A stretch of DNA of 34,407 nt from a virus (IMGVR_UViG_3300031716_000034:1-34407); one strand, 5' to 3'. Shown: positions 7,424-16,869, counted from the first letter of the stretch. The notes: generated from the sequence alone by a model not told the origin. Translations and numbers: made by a program.

Positions 7424-7734
7424 CTGCCCGCCTTGTCGGCTACCCGAAGCCGCAAACCTATCGCTCCGAAAAGCTGCGCCGCGCTGTGGCGTCTCTCCCG
7501 TGCGTCGACTGCGGCAAGGAAAACGAAACTCAGGCCGCGCATGCCAACCGAGGCAAAGGGCTTGCGATCAAGGCGAGCGACGCCCGAATTATGGCGCTTT
7601 GCCTGCGCTGTCACGCTTTCCTTGACCAAGCGGGGAGCATGACCAAAGAGCTACGTCGCCAGTACGAGGACGAAATGATCGCGCGCACGTACGTGGCGCT
7701 GATGGAGCAGGGGAAATTGGAGGTCGCATGCTGA
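7420..7734 (+). CDS. Nin-region HNH-like Zn nuclease (DUF968/DUF1364-like)
   Basis: LPCVDCG...QAAHANRGKGLAIKASD...LCLRCH. Confidence 0.7.
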   Translation: MTARLVGYPKPQTYRSEKLRRAVASLPCVDCGKENETQAAHANRGKGLAIKASDARIMALCLRCHAFLDQAGSMTKELRRQYEDEMIARTYVALMEQGKLEVAC

Positions 7735-8228
7735 TCGCGATTGATCCGGGCGTGACTGGTGCGCTCTCGTTCTTCTTCGACGATGGCCGCGTGACGGTCC
7801 ACGACATGCCCGTACGCAAGCGCAAGACGACCGGCAACGGCACGAACGAGGTTGACCCAAGCGCGCTCCAAGCGATCGTGCGCCTCCAGGTTCCACCCGA
7901 CGAAACGGCGCTGGTCGTCATGGAGAACCTGAACACGTTTTCGAAGTCGGGGGGCGCCAAGTCCATCGCGAGCATGCAGGCATCGAAAGACGTGATCTGC
8001 GCCGTGATGGAGCTGAACCGGCTCGACGTCGCATACGTGTCGCCGCACGCATGGCAGTCATTCTTTGGCATCAAAAAGCGCACGCTACCGGACGGCAAAG
8101 AGATTGACACCAAGGCACAGAGCCTTGAACTTGCGCGCAAGCTCTTTCCTCACCTTCACCTGACCAAGACCAGCGGGCGCCCGGACGCACTGCTGATCGG
8201 AAGGTACGGGCAGCGGCATTTCCAGTGA
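7728..8228 (+). CDS. RuvC-like Holliday junction resolvase
   Basis: IAIDPGVTGA, VVMEN, VSPHAWQ, DALLI motifs. Confidence 0.8.
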   Translation: MLIAIDPGVTGALSFFFDDGRVTVHDMPVRKRKTTGNGTNEVDPSALQAIVRLQVPPDETALVVMENLNTFSKSGGAKSIASMQASKDVICAVMELNRLDVAYVSPHAWQSFFGIKKRTLPDGKEIDTKAQSLELARKLFPHLHLTKTSGRPDALLIGRYGQRHFQ

Positions 8229-8261
8229 ATCGAAGCAGCATCAAACCCAAAGGAGAGCAGC

Positions 8262-8585
8262 GTGAACGCATATCAGACCCAGCAGGGGAATTCTCAAAAT
8301 CAACTCGGTGTCATAGATTTGCAAGGCGCCCAACGCATGCCAGACGTCCACGCGGCGATTGATCGGCTTGATCGGCTTCTGGATGCGCTGGCTGGCATCA
8401 CTAACGCCTATGGGGATCGTTTGACGCCTGTTCTCCGTCCAGAAGGACTCTCCACGTCGAAGGAGGCTTCCCCGGGAATTAAACCCATCGGCACTCCCAT
8501 GGCGGATCGAATTGAAGGGATATGCGACACGCTGGAAATGCGGATGAACGCGCTCGGATCGCTGTTGCATCGCCTCGAAATCTGA
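8262..8585 (+). CDS. Hypothetical protein
   Basis: AAGGAG RBS before GTG. Confidence 0.7.
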   Translation: MNAYQTQQGNSQNQLGVIDLQGAQRMPDVHAAIDRLDRLLDALAGITNAYGDRLTPVLRPEGLSTSKEASPGIKPIGTPMADRIEGICDTLEMRMNALGSLLHRLEI

Positions 8586-8587
8586 CC

Positions 8588-8785
8588 ATGTGCTACGGCA
8601 GCCCGACCAAATCGCTCGAAATCGCTCGCGAGCGCATGACGGCTGAGCAGTGGGAGAAGTTCGAACGGCAGTTCGACGATTTCTGCACGATTAACGGGCT
8701 TGAGGATCGGCGCGATAAGAAGGGACGCCCGCGCTCGCGTCAGGCATGGGCCAAATGGGCATTTCTCTGCGGGAGGAAATTGTGA
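8588..8785 (+). CDS. Hypothetical protein
   Basis: ATG 2 nt after the previous stop (MCYGSPTK...); TGATG coupling downstream. Confidence 0.55.
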   Translation: MCYGSPTKSLEIARERMTAEQWEKFERQFDDFCTINGLEDRRDKKGRPRSRQAWAKWAFLCGRKL

Positions 8786-8982
8786 TGCCAAACACCACAG
8801 ACTGGACGCCCGACGCCCAGCACCGCTACGGCAATCCCACCGAAATCGAGTCATCAGCAGCGGGCAAGCGCGGTGGCGCAAGGAAGCTCGACGCGAATCA
8901 ACTGGATGCGGTGTGGGATGAAGTGCAGGCGCTGAATCGCGCGGCGGGGCCGTGGGGCGTGTTGGTTAGGGAGGTCGCATGA
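8785..8982 (+). CDS. Hypothetical protein
   Basis: GGAGG RBS; TGATG overlap (MPNTTDW...). Confidence 0.65.
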   Translation: MPNTTDWTPDAQHRYGNPTEIESSAAGKRGGARKLDANQLDAVWDEVQALNRAAGPWGVLVREVA

Positions 8983-9206
8983 AACTCTGCAAGGACTGCA
9001 AGCACCATCGGGATTCGGACTCTAGCGGTCAATTCGATAGGTGTTTCGCGCCTAAAAACCTTCGATTTGTGAATCTTGTCACGGGCTCAAAATCGGCGAA
9101 ATTTTCATTCTGCGAAATCCACCGGTCGCCGCCTCTAGCCGGTTGGTTGGGTAGCAGATTGAGTGGTAGTTGCGGGAAAGCGGGTCGCTGGTTCGAGCCG
9201 AAGTAG
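8979..9206 (+). CDS. Cys-rich small phage protein
   Basis: MKLCKDCKHH...C...C...CGKAGRWFEPK; GGAGG RBS. Confidence 0.75.
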   Translation: MKLCKDCKHHRDSDSSGQFDRCFAPKNLRFVNLVTGSKSAKFSFCEIHRSPPLAGWLGSRLSGSCGKAGRWFEPK

Positions 9207-9220
9207 AAAACGGGGAAATC

Positions 9221-9652
9221 ATGGATCGCATCGACGAATTGCTGTTGGACTGGCACGATTGGCAGGCGGCCTACACGCCCGATCTGGACTACGGCGGCGC
9301 TGATCCTGCTTGCCGAGATTTCCGCATCAGCCGCCAATGGATGGATTACGACGACCTGAATGCGGAAGTCGAAGCGAACCAGAAAGCCTACGTGGGCAAG
9401 CTGATCGAGCCGATGATTCTCAAGCTCGATATGCGCTCGCGGCTGGCGATCAACACGGCGATGCGCAATTTCGGGGCTGGCTTTACGGTTTGGGTGAACC
9501 CGCGCCACGCCGACACGCAGACCGAGGATTACGCGCGCGCTAAGGGAATTCTCTGTCCGCAGATGGTCGCAGTAGGATTGCTCGAAAAATCCGCTTGTAA
9601 ACCCTTTGAAAATGGCGTAGGCTTCCGATCCGTGGCGCCTTTGCACGCCTAG
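9221..9652 (+). CDS. Putative Q-like late antiterminator
   Basis: MDRIDELLLDWHDW N-terminus; last early gene, followed by a promoter and terminators. Confidence 0.6.
   Translation: MDRIDELLLDWHDWQAAYTPDLDYGGADPACRDFRISRQWMDYDDLNAEVEANQKAYVGKLIEPMILKLDMRSRLAINTAMRNFGAGFTVWVNPRHADTQTEDYARAKGILCPQMVAVGLLEKSACKPFENGVGFRSVAPLHA
9595..9623 (+). promoter_or_regulatory. PR'-like late promoter inside the 3' end of the Q-like gene
   Basis: TTGTAA-N17-TAGGCT. Confidence 0.6.
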
Positions 9653-9661
9653 AGAAAACCG

Positions 9662-9701
9662 AAGCCTCGCCGGATACGTCCGCGCGGGGCTTTTTCGTTT
9701 T
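9662..9701 (+). terminator. tR'-like intrinsic terminator 1
   Basis: AAGCCTCGC...GCGGGGCTT followed by a T-run. Confidence 0.75.
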
Positions 9702-9733
9702 CATCGCGTCTCCTCTCGACTCGCGTCGAGTTC

Positions 9734-9773
9734 GCCCCAGCCCGTCCCCCGGCGCGCTGGGGCATTTCTTTTT
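9734..9773 (+). terminator. Intrinsic terminator 2
   Basis: GCCCCAGC...GCTGGGGC-ATTTCTTTTT. Confidence 0.7.
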
Positions 9774-9785
9774 CCGGAGCCTGTC

Positions 9786-10061
9786 ATGTCGAAGCTCACT
9801 ACGGCACAACGCAAGTCAATGCCCGCGAAGGAATTCGCTGGCGGCAAGCCGAAGGGCGACAAGACCGGACGTTTTCCGCTGAACGACAAGGCGCACATCA
9901 AGGCGGCTGAGTCGTACGAGCGCTTCGCCACGCCGACCGAGAAGAAGCGGATTGACGCGGCGGCCGACAAGGCATTCCCCGCGCGCGGCGAGCGCACCGC
10001 GACGCACAACGACACGAAGCATCCCGGCTCGCACGACGAGTGGGAAAAGCTGGGGCAGTAA
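9786..10061 (+). CDS. First late gene, DUF6582-like basic protein
   Basis: LTTAQRKSMPAKEFA...RFPLNDKAHIKAA motif; GGAG RBS. Confidence 0.7.
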   Translation: MSKLTTAQRKSMPAKEFAGGKPKGDKTGRFPLNDKAHIKAAESYERFATPTEKKRIDAAADKAFPARGERTATHNDTKHPGSHDEWEKLGQ

Positions 10062-10153
10062 TGCTGAAGTTCATGGGCTGGATCGTGGCAATGGCGATTC
10101 TCGCTATCGCGATCTGGGGTTTGGCACTCGCAGGGAGTGCTTACAAGTGTTGA
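10061..10153 (+). CDS. 30-aa single-TM peptide
   Basis: MLKFMGWIVAMAILAIAIWGLALAGSAYKC; TAATG coupling. Confidence 0.55.
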   Translation: MLKFMGWIVAMAILAIAIWGLALAGSAYKC

Positions 10154-10183
10154 GGCGCTACCCGGTAACGGGCGCGGCTGAAG

Positions 10184-10390
10184 ATGATCGGAAATTACTT
10201 GGTACCCGAGGTATTCGCTGACAGTTTTAGGGCCGCGCAAGAAAAGATATCTGCGACGGCTGCGGGTGCATTTGTGCCCCTGACGCTTGAGGAAGTCTGC
10301 GCGTGTTTGCACGCTATTCCAGTAAAAAAGTCAAGCGAAAACAACGAACTTCCGTCGAAAGTAGAGGCCCGAAATGGCTTCGGGCGTTAA
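10184..10390 (+). CDS. Hypothetical protein (weak)
   Basis: Fills the gap before terS; no clear RBS. Confidence 0.35.
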   Translation: MIGNYLVPEVFADSFRAAQEKISATAAGAFVPLTLEEVCACLHAIPVKKSSENNELPSKVEARNGFGR

Positions 10391-10625
10391 GACTGGCGGC
10401 CGGCAAAAGGGGACGCCCAACAAGCTCGGCACGACGGCGAAAGAGAACATCGCCAACGTGTTCACGCGCTTGGGCGGCGTTCAGGCGATGGTGAAGTGGG
10501 CTAACGCCAACCCGACGCAGTTCTACCAGTTGTACGGCAAGTTGTTGCCGCTGCAGGCGGAAGTGACGGGCGCTGAAGGCGGTCCGATCGAAACCATCAC
10601 CCGGCGCGTTGTGCGGGCGGAATGA
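10374..10625 (+). CDS. terS: Terminase small subunit
   Basis: GGRQKGTPNK motif and C-terminal EVTGAEGGPIE; ATGA overlap with terL. Confidence 0.7.
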   Translation: MASGVKTGGRQKGTPNKLGTTAKENIANVFTRLGGVQAMVKWANANPTQFYQLYGKLLPLQAEVTGAEGGPIETITRRVVRAE

Positions 10626-11923
10626 GCGAGCTTGTGTTGGACACGGCTGAAGTCTATGTGCCGCTGCTCGAACCATCGCGCTACAAAGGCGCACACGGCG
10701 GCCGGGGTTCCGGCAAGTCGCACTTCTTCGCCGAAAAGCTGATTGAGGACTGTGTAGCCGAACCGGGCGATTCCGGCGAGGGTATGCGCTCAGTCTGCAT
10801 CCGCGAGGTGCAAAAGGATTTGGCGCAATCCTCGAAACTGCTGATCGAGACGAAGCTGCGCAAGATGGGGCTGTTCGACACGCAGGGCTTTCGCATCTTC
10901 AAGGACGTGATCCAGACGCCCGGTGACGGCCTCATGATCTTCAAGGGCATGAACGACTACACGTCTGAGAGCGTGAAGTCGCTTGAGGGCTTTAAACGCG
11001 CGTGGTGGGAAGAAGCGCAGACAGCAACGCTCTACTCGCTGAATCTGCTGCGTCCGACCATTCGTGCGTCAGGCTCCGAACTGTGGTTTAGCTGGAACCC
11101 GCGCCGCAAGACTGATCCGGTCGACGTGATGCTACGAGGCGTTGAGCTTCCGACTGGCGCGCAAGTCGTGCGGGCCAACTGGCGCGATAACCCGTGGTTC
11201 ACGGCTGAGCTTGAGCAGGAGCGGCAAGACTGCCTGCGCATGCAGCCGGAGCAGTACGACCACATCTGGGAAGGCGGCTACGTCACGGCGCTTGAGGGCG
11301 CGTATTACGCGAAGCACCTGCAGAAAGCGCGCGAGGAAGGGCGCATAGGGTTCTTCCCGGCCGATCCGTTGATGACAATCCGCCTGATTGCGGACATTGG
11401 CGGGACTGGCGCGCGTGCCGATGCGTTTGCCATCTGGGCATTCCAGCACATCGGGCGCGAAATCCGCGTTGTGAACTACTACGAGGCGTCTGGACAGCCT
11501 CTTGACGCTCATCTTGCCTGGTGTCGATCGCAGGGCTACACGCCCGACAGAGCGCAGTTCTGGTTGCCGCACGATGGCTCGACGCAGGACAAGGTCTACG
11601 ACGTGTCGTATGAGTCAGCGCTGAAACAGGCTGGCTACACGGTCACGGTCGTGCCGAATCAGGGCAAAGGCGCCGCGACGCAGCGTATCGAGCGCGCGCG
11701 TGTGCTGTTCCCGCAGATCAGGTTCAACGAAGCGACGACAGAAGCTGGTCGGCTCGCGCTCGGCTGGTATCACGAGAAGCGCGATCCAGACCGCGGCATT
11801 GGGCTCGGTCCTGAGCATGACTGGTCGTCGCACGGATCGGATGCGTTCGGTTTGGGCTGCGTGGTGTGGCAGGAACCTACCGAAATGAAGCCGCTGGTCT
11901 ATCCCAAGCTCGGCGTCATTTGA
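10622..11923 (+). CDS. terL: Terminase large subunit (PBSX/headful-like)
   Basis: Walker A GGRGSGKS, Walker B WWEEAQ, FSWNP, nuclease motifs DIGG and HDWSSHGSDAF. Confidence 0.95.
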   Translation: MSELVLDTAEVYVPLLEPSRYKGAHGGRGSGKSHFFAEKLIEDCVAEPGDSGEGMRSVCIREVQKDLAQSSKLLIETKLRKMGLFDTQGFRIFKDVIQTPGDGLMIFKGMNDYTSESVKSLEGFKRAWWEEAQTATLYSLNLLRPTIRASGSELWFSWNPRRKTDPVDVMLRGVELPTGAQVVRANWRDNPWFTAELEQERQDCLRMQPEQYDHIWEGGYVTALEGAYYAKHLQKAREEGRIGFFPADPLMTIRLIADIGGTGARADAFAIWAFQHIGREIRVVNYYEASGQPLDAHLAWCRSQGYTPDRAQFWLPHDGSTQDKVYDVSYESALKQAGYTVTVVPNQGKGAATQRIERARVLFPQIRFNEATTEAGRLALGWYHEKRDPDRGIGLGPEHDWSSHGSDAFGLGCVVWQEPTEMKPLVYPKLGVI

Positions 11924-12001
11924 GCCGAATATTTCGCGGCGCCGCCGGACCACTTCACGATTATTCCTCGCGCTCGCGGGCCGCAAGAAAGGAAATTCTC
12001 A

Positions 12002-12172
12002 ATGAGCATCGCACTGACTGCGAAGGTTGCGGATTTGGAACGCATGTTGACCGAGACGACGAATCAGCTTATTGACGCGCAAGCGCGGCTCACTGAAGCA
12101 CTTGAGCGTATCGCCATCCTCGAACAAACCTGCGCGCGCAAACCGGGGCCGAAGGGCAACCACAATGGCTGA
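12002..12172 (+). CDS. 56-aa coiled-coil protein
   Basis: AAGGA RBS; MSIALTAKVADLERMLTETTNQLIDAQARLTEALERIAILEQTCARKPGPKGNHNG; overlaps the portal start. Confidence 0.65.
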   Translation: MSIALTAKVADLERMLTETTNQLIDAQARLTEALERIAILEQTCARKPGPKGNHNG

Positions 12173-14315
12173 CAAAAAGGAGCGCATGACCGACGAGCAA
12201 TTGCTTGCGCTCATTGGGAGTTACGAAAAGTCGTCGCTCGGCTCAAGCGTGTCCACTGGCCCAAGCGTTGGCGGCTCAGTCAAACCGGCCGCGCAACAGA
12301 TGACCACGCTGGAAATCGACCGCTATAACGCGCTGAACGCCTATTTCGCGCGGCCACTTGGAAACGAGGTCGAAGATCGCTCGCAGATCGTGTTGCCGGA
12401 GTTGCGCGATACCGTCGAGTGGATCATGCCGCAGTTGATGCGCATGTTCGCCGCTGGGAAACCTTGCCAGTTCGACCCGGAAAACCCCACGGACGACGAT
12501 CAGGCCGAGATTGAGACTGAAGTCGTGAACCATGTGTTCATGAAGCAGAATCCCGGCTTCTTCGTGCTGCACGACTTCTTCAAGGACGCGCTTCTCCTTC
12601 GGAATGGCTACGTCAACACGTACTGGCTGAAGGAACGCAAGTCGTCGGTCGAGTCATACACCGGTCTCGGCCAGATCGAAGTCACGATGCTGATGCAGAC
12701 GGACGACGATATCGAGGTCCTGGAGCAAACGGAAAAGCCCGTACTGATTCCGGGACCGCAAGGACCGCAACAAGCCTCAACGTTCGACATCAAACTGCGC
12801 CGCACGCGTCAGGTGGGGCGCGTCTGCGTCGAATGCGTGCCGCCCGAGGAAATGCGCGTGTCTCCGCTGGCTCGACATGGGCTGGACGACGCGCCATTCT
12901 CCGAGCATGAACGCAAAGTCCCACGCTCCGACCTGATCGAAATGGGATTTGACCAGGATCTCGTCGACTCCATCGCGCTTGCGCAGCCGACATGGCTTGA
13001 CCTGATCGAACTCGCGCGCAACGAAGTCACTGACCAGTTGAGCGAGGAAGAACCGACCGACGAAGCGAGTCAGCACGTCACGCTGCGCACCGTCTTTATC
13101 CGCGTGGATTACGACGCCGATGGCATTTCGGAACTGCGTCGCGTCATGGTGGGCGGCGACAAGATTCTGAGCAACGAGGAAGTCGAGGAAGTCAGCTACT
13201 CGTACTGCTCGCCGATCCGCATGCCGCATCGGCACGTCGGCATCAGCTATTACGACCTCCTGTACGACTTGCAAGTCATCAAGACGACGCTGTTTCGTCA
13301 GGCGCTCGACAATATCTACATCAGCAACAACCAGCGCACTGCGGTGAACTGGAAAAACGTGAACGTGCAGGATCTGCTCGTGTCGCGGCCGGGCGGGATT
13401 ATCCGTGTCGATGGGCCGATCGGCGACAACATCATGCCGTTCCAGCAGCCGTCGAACCTGATGGCGCAGATCCTGCCGGCGATGGAGTATTGCGACCAGC
13501 AGCGTGAAATGCGCACCGGTATCGGCAAGGACACGATGGGCGTGGACGCAGACGCCTTGCAGGACGTGACGAAGGGCGGCCAGCTTGCGGCAATGTCTGC
13601 GGCTGCACTCAAGGTCGAACTCGTCGCGCGGCTGCTCGCTGAAGGCGTCAAAGAGGTCTTCACGAAGATTCACAAGCTGCTCATGCGCCATCAGGACAAG
13701 CCGATGACGCTCAAGCTCACGAATCGCTGGGTGGACGTCAATCCGGGCGACTGGCGCGAACGGACTCAGGTCAGCGTGAACGTGGGTCTCGGCTCGGGCA
13801 ATCGCGAGGAAGCGCGCGCGAACGTAATGCTGCTCGGGCAGGCGCAGAAGGAACTAGGCGCATTCGGTCTGGTGGGCCCGAAGCAGGCTTACGCGACGTT
13901 CAAGAAGGTGGCGCACTTGTTGGGCGAGGAAAACCCGACGCAATACGCGATGGACCCGGACTCGCAGGAATATCAGCAGGCGATGGCGCAGAAACAGCAC
14001 ATGCCGCCCGATCCAAAGGTGCAGGCCGCGCAGATCAAGTCGCAGTCCGATCAGCAGATTGCGCAGACGCGCCTCCAAACGGAGCAGATCAAGGCGCAAG
14101 CCGAGACGCAGCAGGCGCAGGCCGAACTTGCGCACGGTTCGCAGCAGAGCGCGCAGGATCAGCAAGTTCAATTGGCCGAGATCAACTCGCAGGAATGGCA
14201 GACGGTGGTCAAGATCATTGGCCAGATCGTTGCGAGCCAACTGAAGCAGAACGCGACGGCAGACGCCGGCCAGATGGTCAATCACGATGTGAGCGAGGTG
14301 CAGCGTGGTCAGTAA
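12165..14315 (+). CDS. Portal protein (P22-like, long Gln-rich C-terminal coil)
   Basis: Start MADKKERMTDEQ; RSQIV...DTVEWIMPQLMRMF, FKDALL..NG and PGGIIRV motifs; follows terL. Confidence 0.9.
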   Translation: MADKKERMTDEQLLALIGSYEKSSLGSSVSTGPSVGGSVKPAAQQMTTLEIDRYNALNAYFARPLGNEVEDRSQIVLPELRDTVEWIMPQLMRMFAAGKPCQFDPENPTDDDQAEIETEVVNHVFMKQNPGFFVLHDFFKDALLLRNGYVNTYWLKERKSSVESYTGLGQIEVTMLMQTDDDIEVLEQTEKPVLIPGPQGPQQASTFDIKLRRTRQVGRVCVECVPPEEMRVSPLARHGLDDAPFSEHERKVPRSDLIEMGFDQDLVDSIALAQPTWLDLIELARNEVTDQLSEEEPTDEASQHVTLRTVFIRVDYDADGISELRRVMVGGDKILSNEEVEEVSYSYCSPIRMPHRHVGISYYDLLYDLQVIKTTLFRQALDNIYISNNQRTAVNWKNVNVQDLLVSRPGGIIRVDGPIGDNIMPFQQPSNLMAQILPAMEYCDQQREMRTGIGKDTMGVDADALQDVTKGGQLAAMSAAALKVELVARLLAEGVKEVFTKIHKLLMRHQDKPMTLKLTNRWVDVNPGDWRERTQVSVNVGLGSGNREEARANVMLLGQAQKELGAFGLVGPKQAYATFKKVAHLLGEENPTQYAMDPDSQEYQQAMAQKQHMPPDPKVQAAQIKSQSDQQIAQTRLQTEQIKAQAETQQAQAELAHGSQQSAQDQQVQLAEINSQEWQTVVKIIGQIVASQLKQNATADAGQMVNHDVSEVQRGQ

Positions 14316-14484
14316 GCCGAGAATCTACCGCAGCCATTCTCAGTGGAATGATTGGACGTGTTATAGCGATGGCGCATGCGGATATGGCGCAACTCCGGCC
14401 GAGGCGTATTCGAATTGGGCGAAAGTTCAATCACCGAGTTGGCGCGCGGGCAACCCATTAACAGGGGGCTCTTGTGGCGCCTGA
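14305..14484 (+). CDS. 59-aa protein with a KPRI..W.C..G.G.TP.EAY..W pattern
   Basis: GAGG RBS and GTG start; overlaps both neighbours; below the ORF-track cutoff. Confidence 0.55.
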   Translation: MVSKPRIYRSHSQWNDWTCYSDGACGYGATPAEAYSNWAKVQSPSWRAGNPLTGGSCGA

Positions 14485-14755
14485 AGAAGAAATCATTCGC
14501 GGCGGCGACGCTGCTGGCGTGCTGGACGCGCCGATCTTCGTCGAGGCGAAGAAAGCGATTCTCGACGGCATTAATCGGCAAATGGCTGCGGTTCCGCTCT
14601 CGGATCAGACCATGCACACGCGGCTGATCACGATGATTCAACTGTGGAACACGCTGGAAAGCTATCTGCAACAGATCAGGCAGACCGGCGAAATCGCGCA
14701 GTTCCAGATTCAGCAGCAGGACGAGCAGAAGAAGCGTTTCAAGCTGTTCGGCTAA
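14474..14755 (+). CDS. Portal-adjacent head protein
   Basis: Typical helical ~90-aa gene between portal and scaffold; GGGGG RBS. Confidence 0.75.
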   Translation: MAPEEEIIRGGDAAGVLDAPIFVEAKKAILDGINRQMAAVPLSDQTMHTRLITMIQLWNTLESYLQQIRQTGEIAQFQIQQQDEQKKRFKLFG

Positions 14756-14774
14756 CTCAATTCACTTTCGACAA

Positions 14775-14800
14775 CAGGCCCACTTCGGTGGGCCTTTTTC
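14775..14800 (+). terminator. Intrinsic terminator
   Basis: AGGCCCAC-TTCG-GTGGGCCT-TTTT. Confidence 0.85.
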
Positions 14801-14815
14801 ATTTGAGGCCACGAA

Positions 14816-15877
14816 ATGAGCGACGTACAAGCGACCACCGATACCGGCGCCGCGACCCTGACGACCGAAGACGCTTTCCAGCACTTCTACGATAACGGCG
14901 GCTTGAGTGATGAGTCGCGGCGTCAGGATGAAGCGCAAAACACCGCTCAGGCTGGCGAGGAAGGCGCACAACGGGCTGCCGAAGGCGTGGATGACGCACA
15001 GCATGTCGAAGGGCAGCAATCGCAGGAAGGCGCCGAAACCGATGCGCCGGCCTATGCGTCGCTCAACGAGCTTCTGACGGCTCACAAGATCGACCCCGAA
15101 TCGGTCATGGCGCTGCACGTCACCGCGAAGATCGACGGCAAGGAAACGCAGGTTCCGCTCGCCGATGTCCTCAAGTCGTACCAGCTTGAAGGGCATGTGA
15201 ACAACAAGTCGATCGAACTGAGCAACCAGCGCACGCAGTTCGAGCAGGAGCGTCAGGCCGCGCGCCAGCTTCTGCAGCAGCAGCACCAGCAAAACACCGC
15301 GCTTGGCAATCTCGCCATGCAGCAATTGACGCACGACTACCAGCGCGTCGACTGGAACGGCCTACGCGCCAACAACCCGGCTGAATACGCCGCTTTGCAG
15401 GCTGAGTTCCAGCAGCGGCAAGGGCAGATTCAGGGTTATTTGCAGGCCGTCAATCAGGCTGCGGCAGAAGAAGCCCAACGCCAGCAACAGAACCTTCAGC
15501 AGGCCATTCAAGGTGAGCGCGAAAAGCTTCAGGCCGCGATCCCGGAATGGCGCAACGAAGAAGCATTCACGAAAGACCGTGAAGTCATTTCGCAGTACGC
15601 CCGCAGCCTTGGGTTTCAGGATGCCGAGCTCAGCCAGATCTTCGACCACCGCTACATGCGAGTCCTGCATGACGCGGCGCGATTTCGGGCACTCCAAGCA
15701 GCCACTCCGCAGGCTTTGAAACAGGTCCGGCAAGCGCCCCCGATGGCGAAACCGGGATCTCGGACGGACACGAACCCCACAGCGGCGAAACGTCAGCAGG
15801 TGATGGATCGCCTCGGCCGGAATCCCCGCGACCAGGACGCTCAGGCAGCAGCGTTCGAGTTGTTCGCGAACCAGTAA
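14816..15877 (+). CDS. Capsid scaffolding protein
   Basis: Acidic N-terminus, VTAKIDGKETQVPLADVLKSYQ, Gln-rich coil, IFDHRYM..LHDA; precedes the capsid gene. Confidence 0.85.
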   Translation: MSDVQATTDTGAATLTTEDAFQHFYDNGGLSDESRRQDEAQNTAQAGEEGAQRAAEGVDDAQHVEGQQSQEGAETDAPAYASLNELLTAHKIDPESVMALHVTAKIDGKETQVPLADVLKSYQLEGHVNNKSIELSNQRTQFEQERQAARQLLQQQHQQNTALGNLAMQQLTHDYQRVDWNGLRANNPAEYAALQAEFQQRQGQIQGYLQAVNQAAAEEAQRQQQNLQQAIQGEREKLQAAIPEWRNEEAFTKDREVISQYARSLGFQDAELSQIFDHRYMRVLHDAARFRALQAATPQALKQVRQAPPMAKPGSRTDTNPTAAKRQQVMDRLGRNPRDQDAQAAAFELFANQ

Positions 15878-15888
15878 AGGAGCTTGAC

Positions 15889-16869
15889 ATGACAGTCCCG
15901 TCAAATACGTACCAGACGTACACGCAGACCAACATTCGGGAAGACCTCTCGAACCTCATCTTCAACGTCGATCCGTTCAAGACGCCGATCCTGAACATGA
16001 CGAAGAAGAACAAGGCCACGCAGAACAACCACGAATGGGATACCGACTCGCTGGCGGCTCAGAACCTGAGCAACGCGGCGGTTGAAGGTGACGATCCCAC
16101 GTCGCAAACCCTCACGCCGACCGCGCGCATGGGCAACTATGTGCAGACGTCGACGAAGGTCGTCCAGCTTTCGGGCAAGTCGCAGGCTGTTATCGCTGCG
16201 GGCGGCTCGAACAAGATGGGCTATCAGCTCCTGAAGAAGTCGAAGGAACTGAAACGCGACATGGAAGGCATTCTGACCTACAACCACGCGAAGGCGGCCG
16301 GCAATTCGACGACCGCTCCGACGATGGGCGGTCTGCCATGCTGGCTTTACACGAACACGGTGTATCAAACGGGCGGTACGCCTTCTGGCGCGAATCCCAC
16401 GCTGAACGCCAACGGTTGGACGGATGGCACCAGCACGCGCACGTACAACAGCGCTACCGTGGCCCTCACCGAAACGATGGTGAAGACCGTCCTGCAACTC
16501 GTCTACAAGAATTCGGGTGAGTCGCCGGAATACGCTGTCGTGTCGCCGGTCAACAAGCAGGTCATTTCTGGCTTCGCAGGTCCGGGAACGCGCTTTATCG
16601 AAGTGGAAGACAAGACGCTGAAAACCGCTGTCGATGTCTACCAATCCGATTTCGGCGACGTGAAGATCATCCCGGACATTTTCCTCGCGCAGTCGAAGGA
16701 TTGCTTCTTCATCAACCCGAACTACATCCGTGTCGCGTATCTGCGTCCGTTCCAGACCGTTCCGCTGGCCAAGACCGGCGATAGCGACAAGAAGATGCTG
16801 CTTGTCGACTACACGCTCGAAGTAGGCAACGAGCATGCACACGGTCTCATAACCGACACGAATGGCTGA
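15889..16869 (+). CDS. Major capsid protein (DUF5309/SU10-like)
   Basis: REDLSNLIFNVDP..TP, HEWDTDSL, ELKRDME, YQSDFG, LAKTGDS motifs; AAGGAG RBS. Confidence 0.9.
   Translation: MTVPSNTYQTYTQTNIREDLSNLIFNVDPFKTPILNMTKKNKATQNNHEWDTDSLAAQNLSNAAVEGDDPTSQTLTPTARMGNYVQTSTKVVQLSGKSQAVIAAGGSNKMGYQLLKKSKELKRDMEGILTYNHAKAAGNSTTAPTMGGLPCWLYTNTVYQTGGTPSGANPTLNANGWTDGTSTRTYNSATVALTETMVKTVLQLVYKNSGESPEYAVVSPVNKQVISGFAGPGTRFIEVEDKTLKTAVDVYQSDFGDVKIIPDIFLAQSKDCFFINPNYIRVAYLRPFQTVPLAKTGDSDKKMLLVDYTLEVGNEHAHGLITDTNG

Noticed and set aside
6161-9051. Other ATAGG half-sites (6161, ~9037) as operators
   Set aside because: The second half-site does not match the palindrome.
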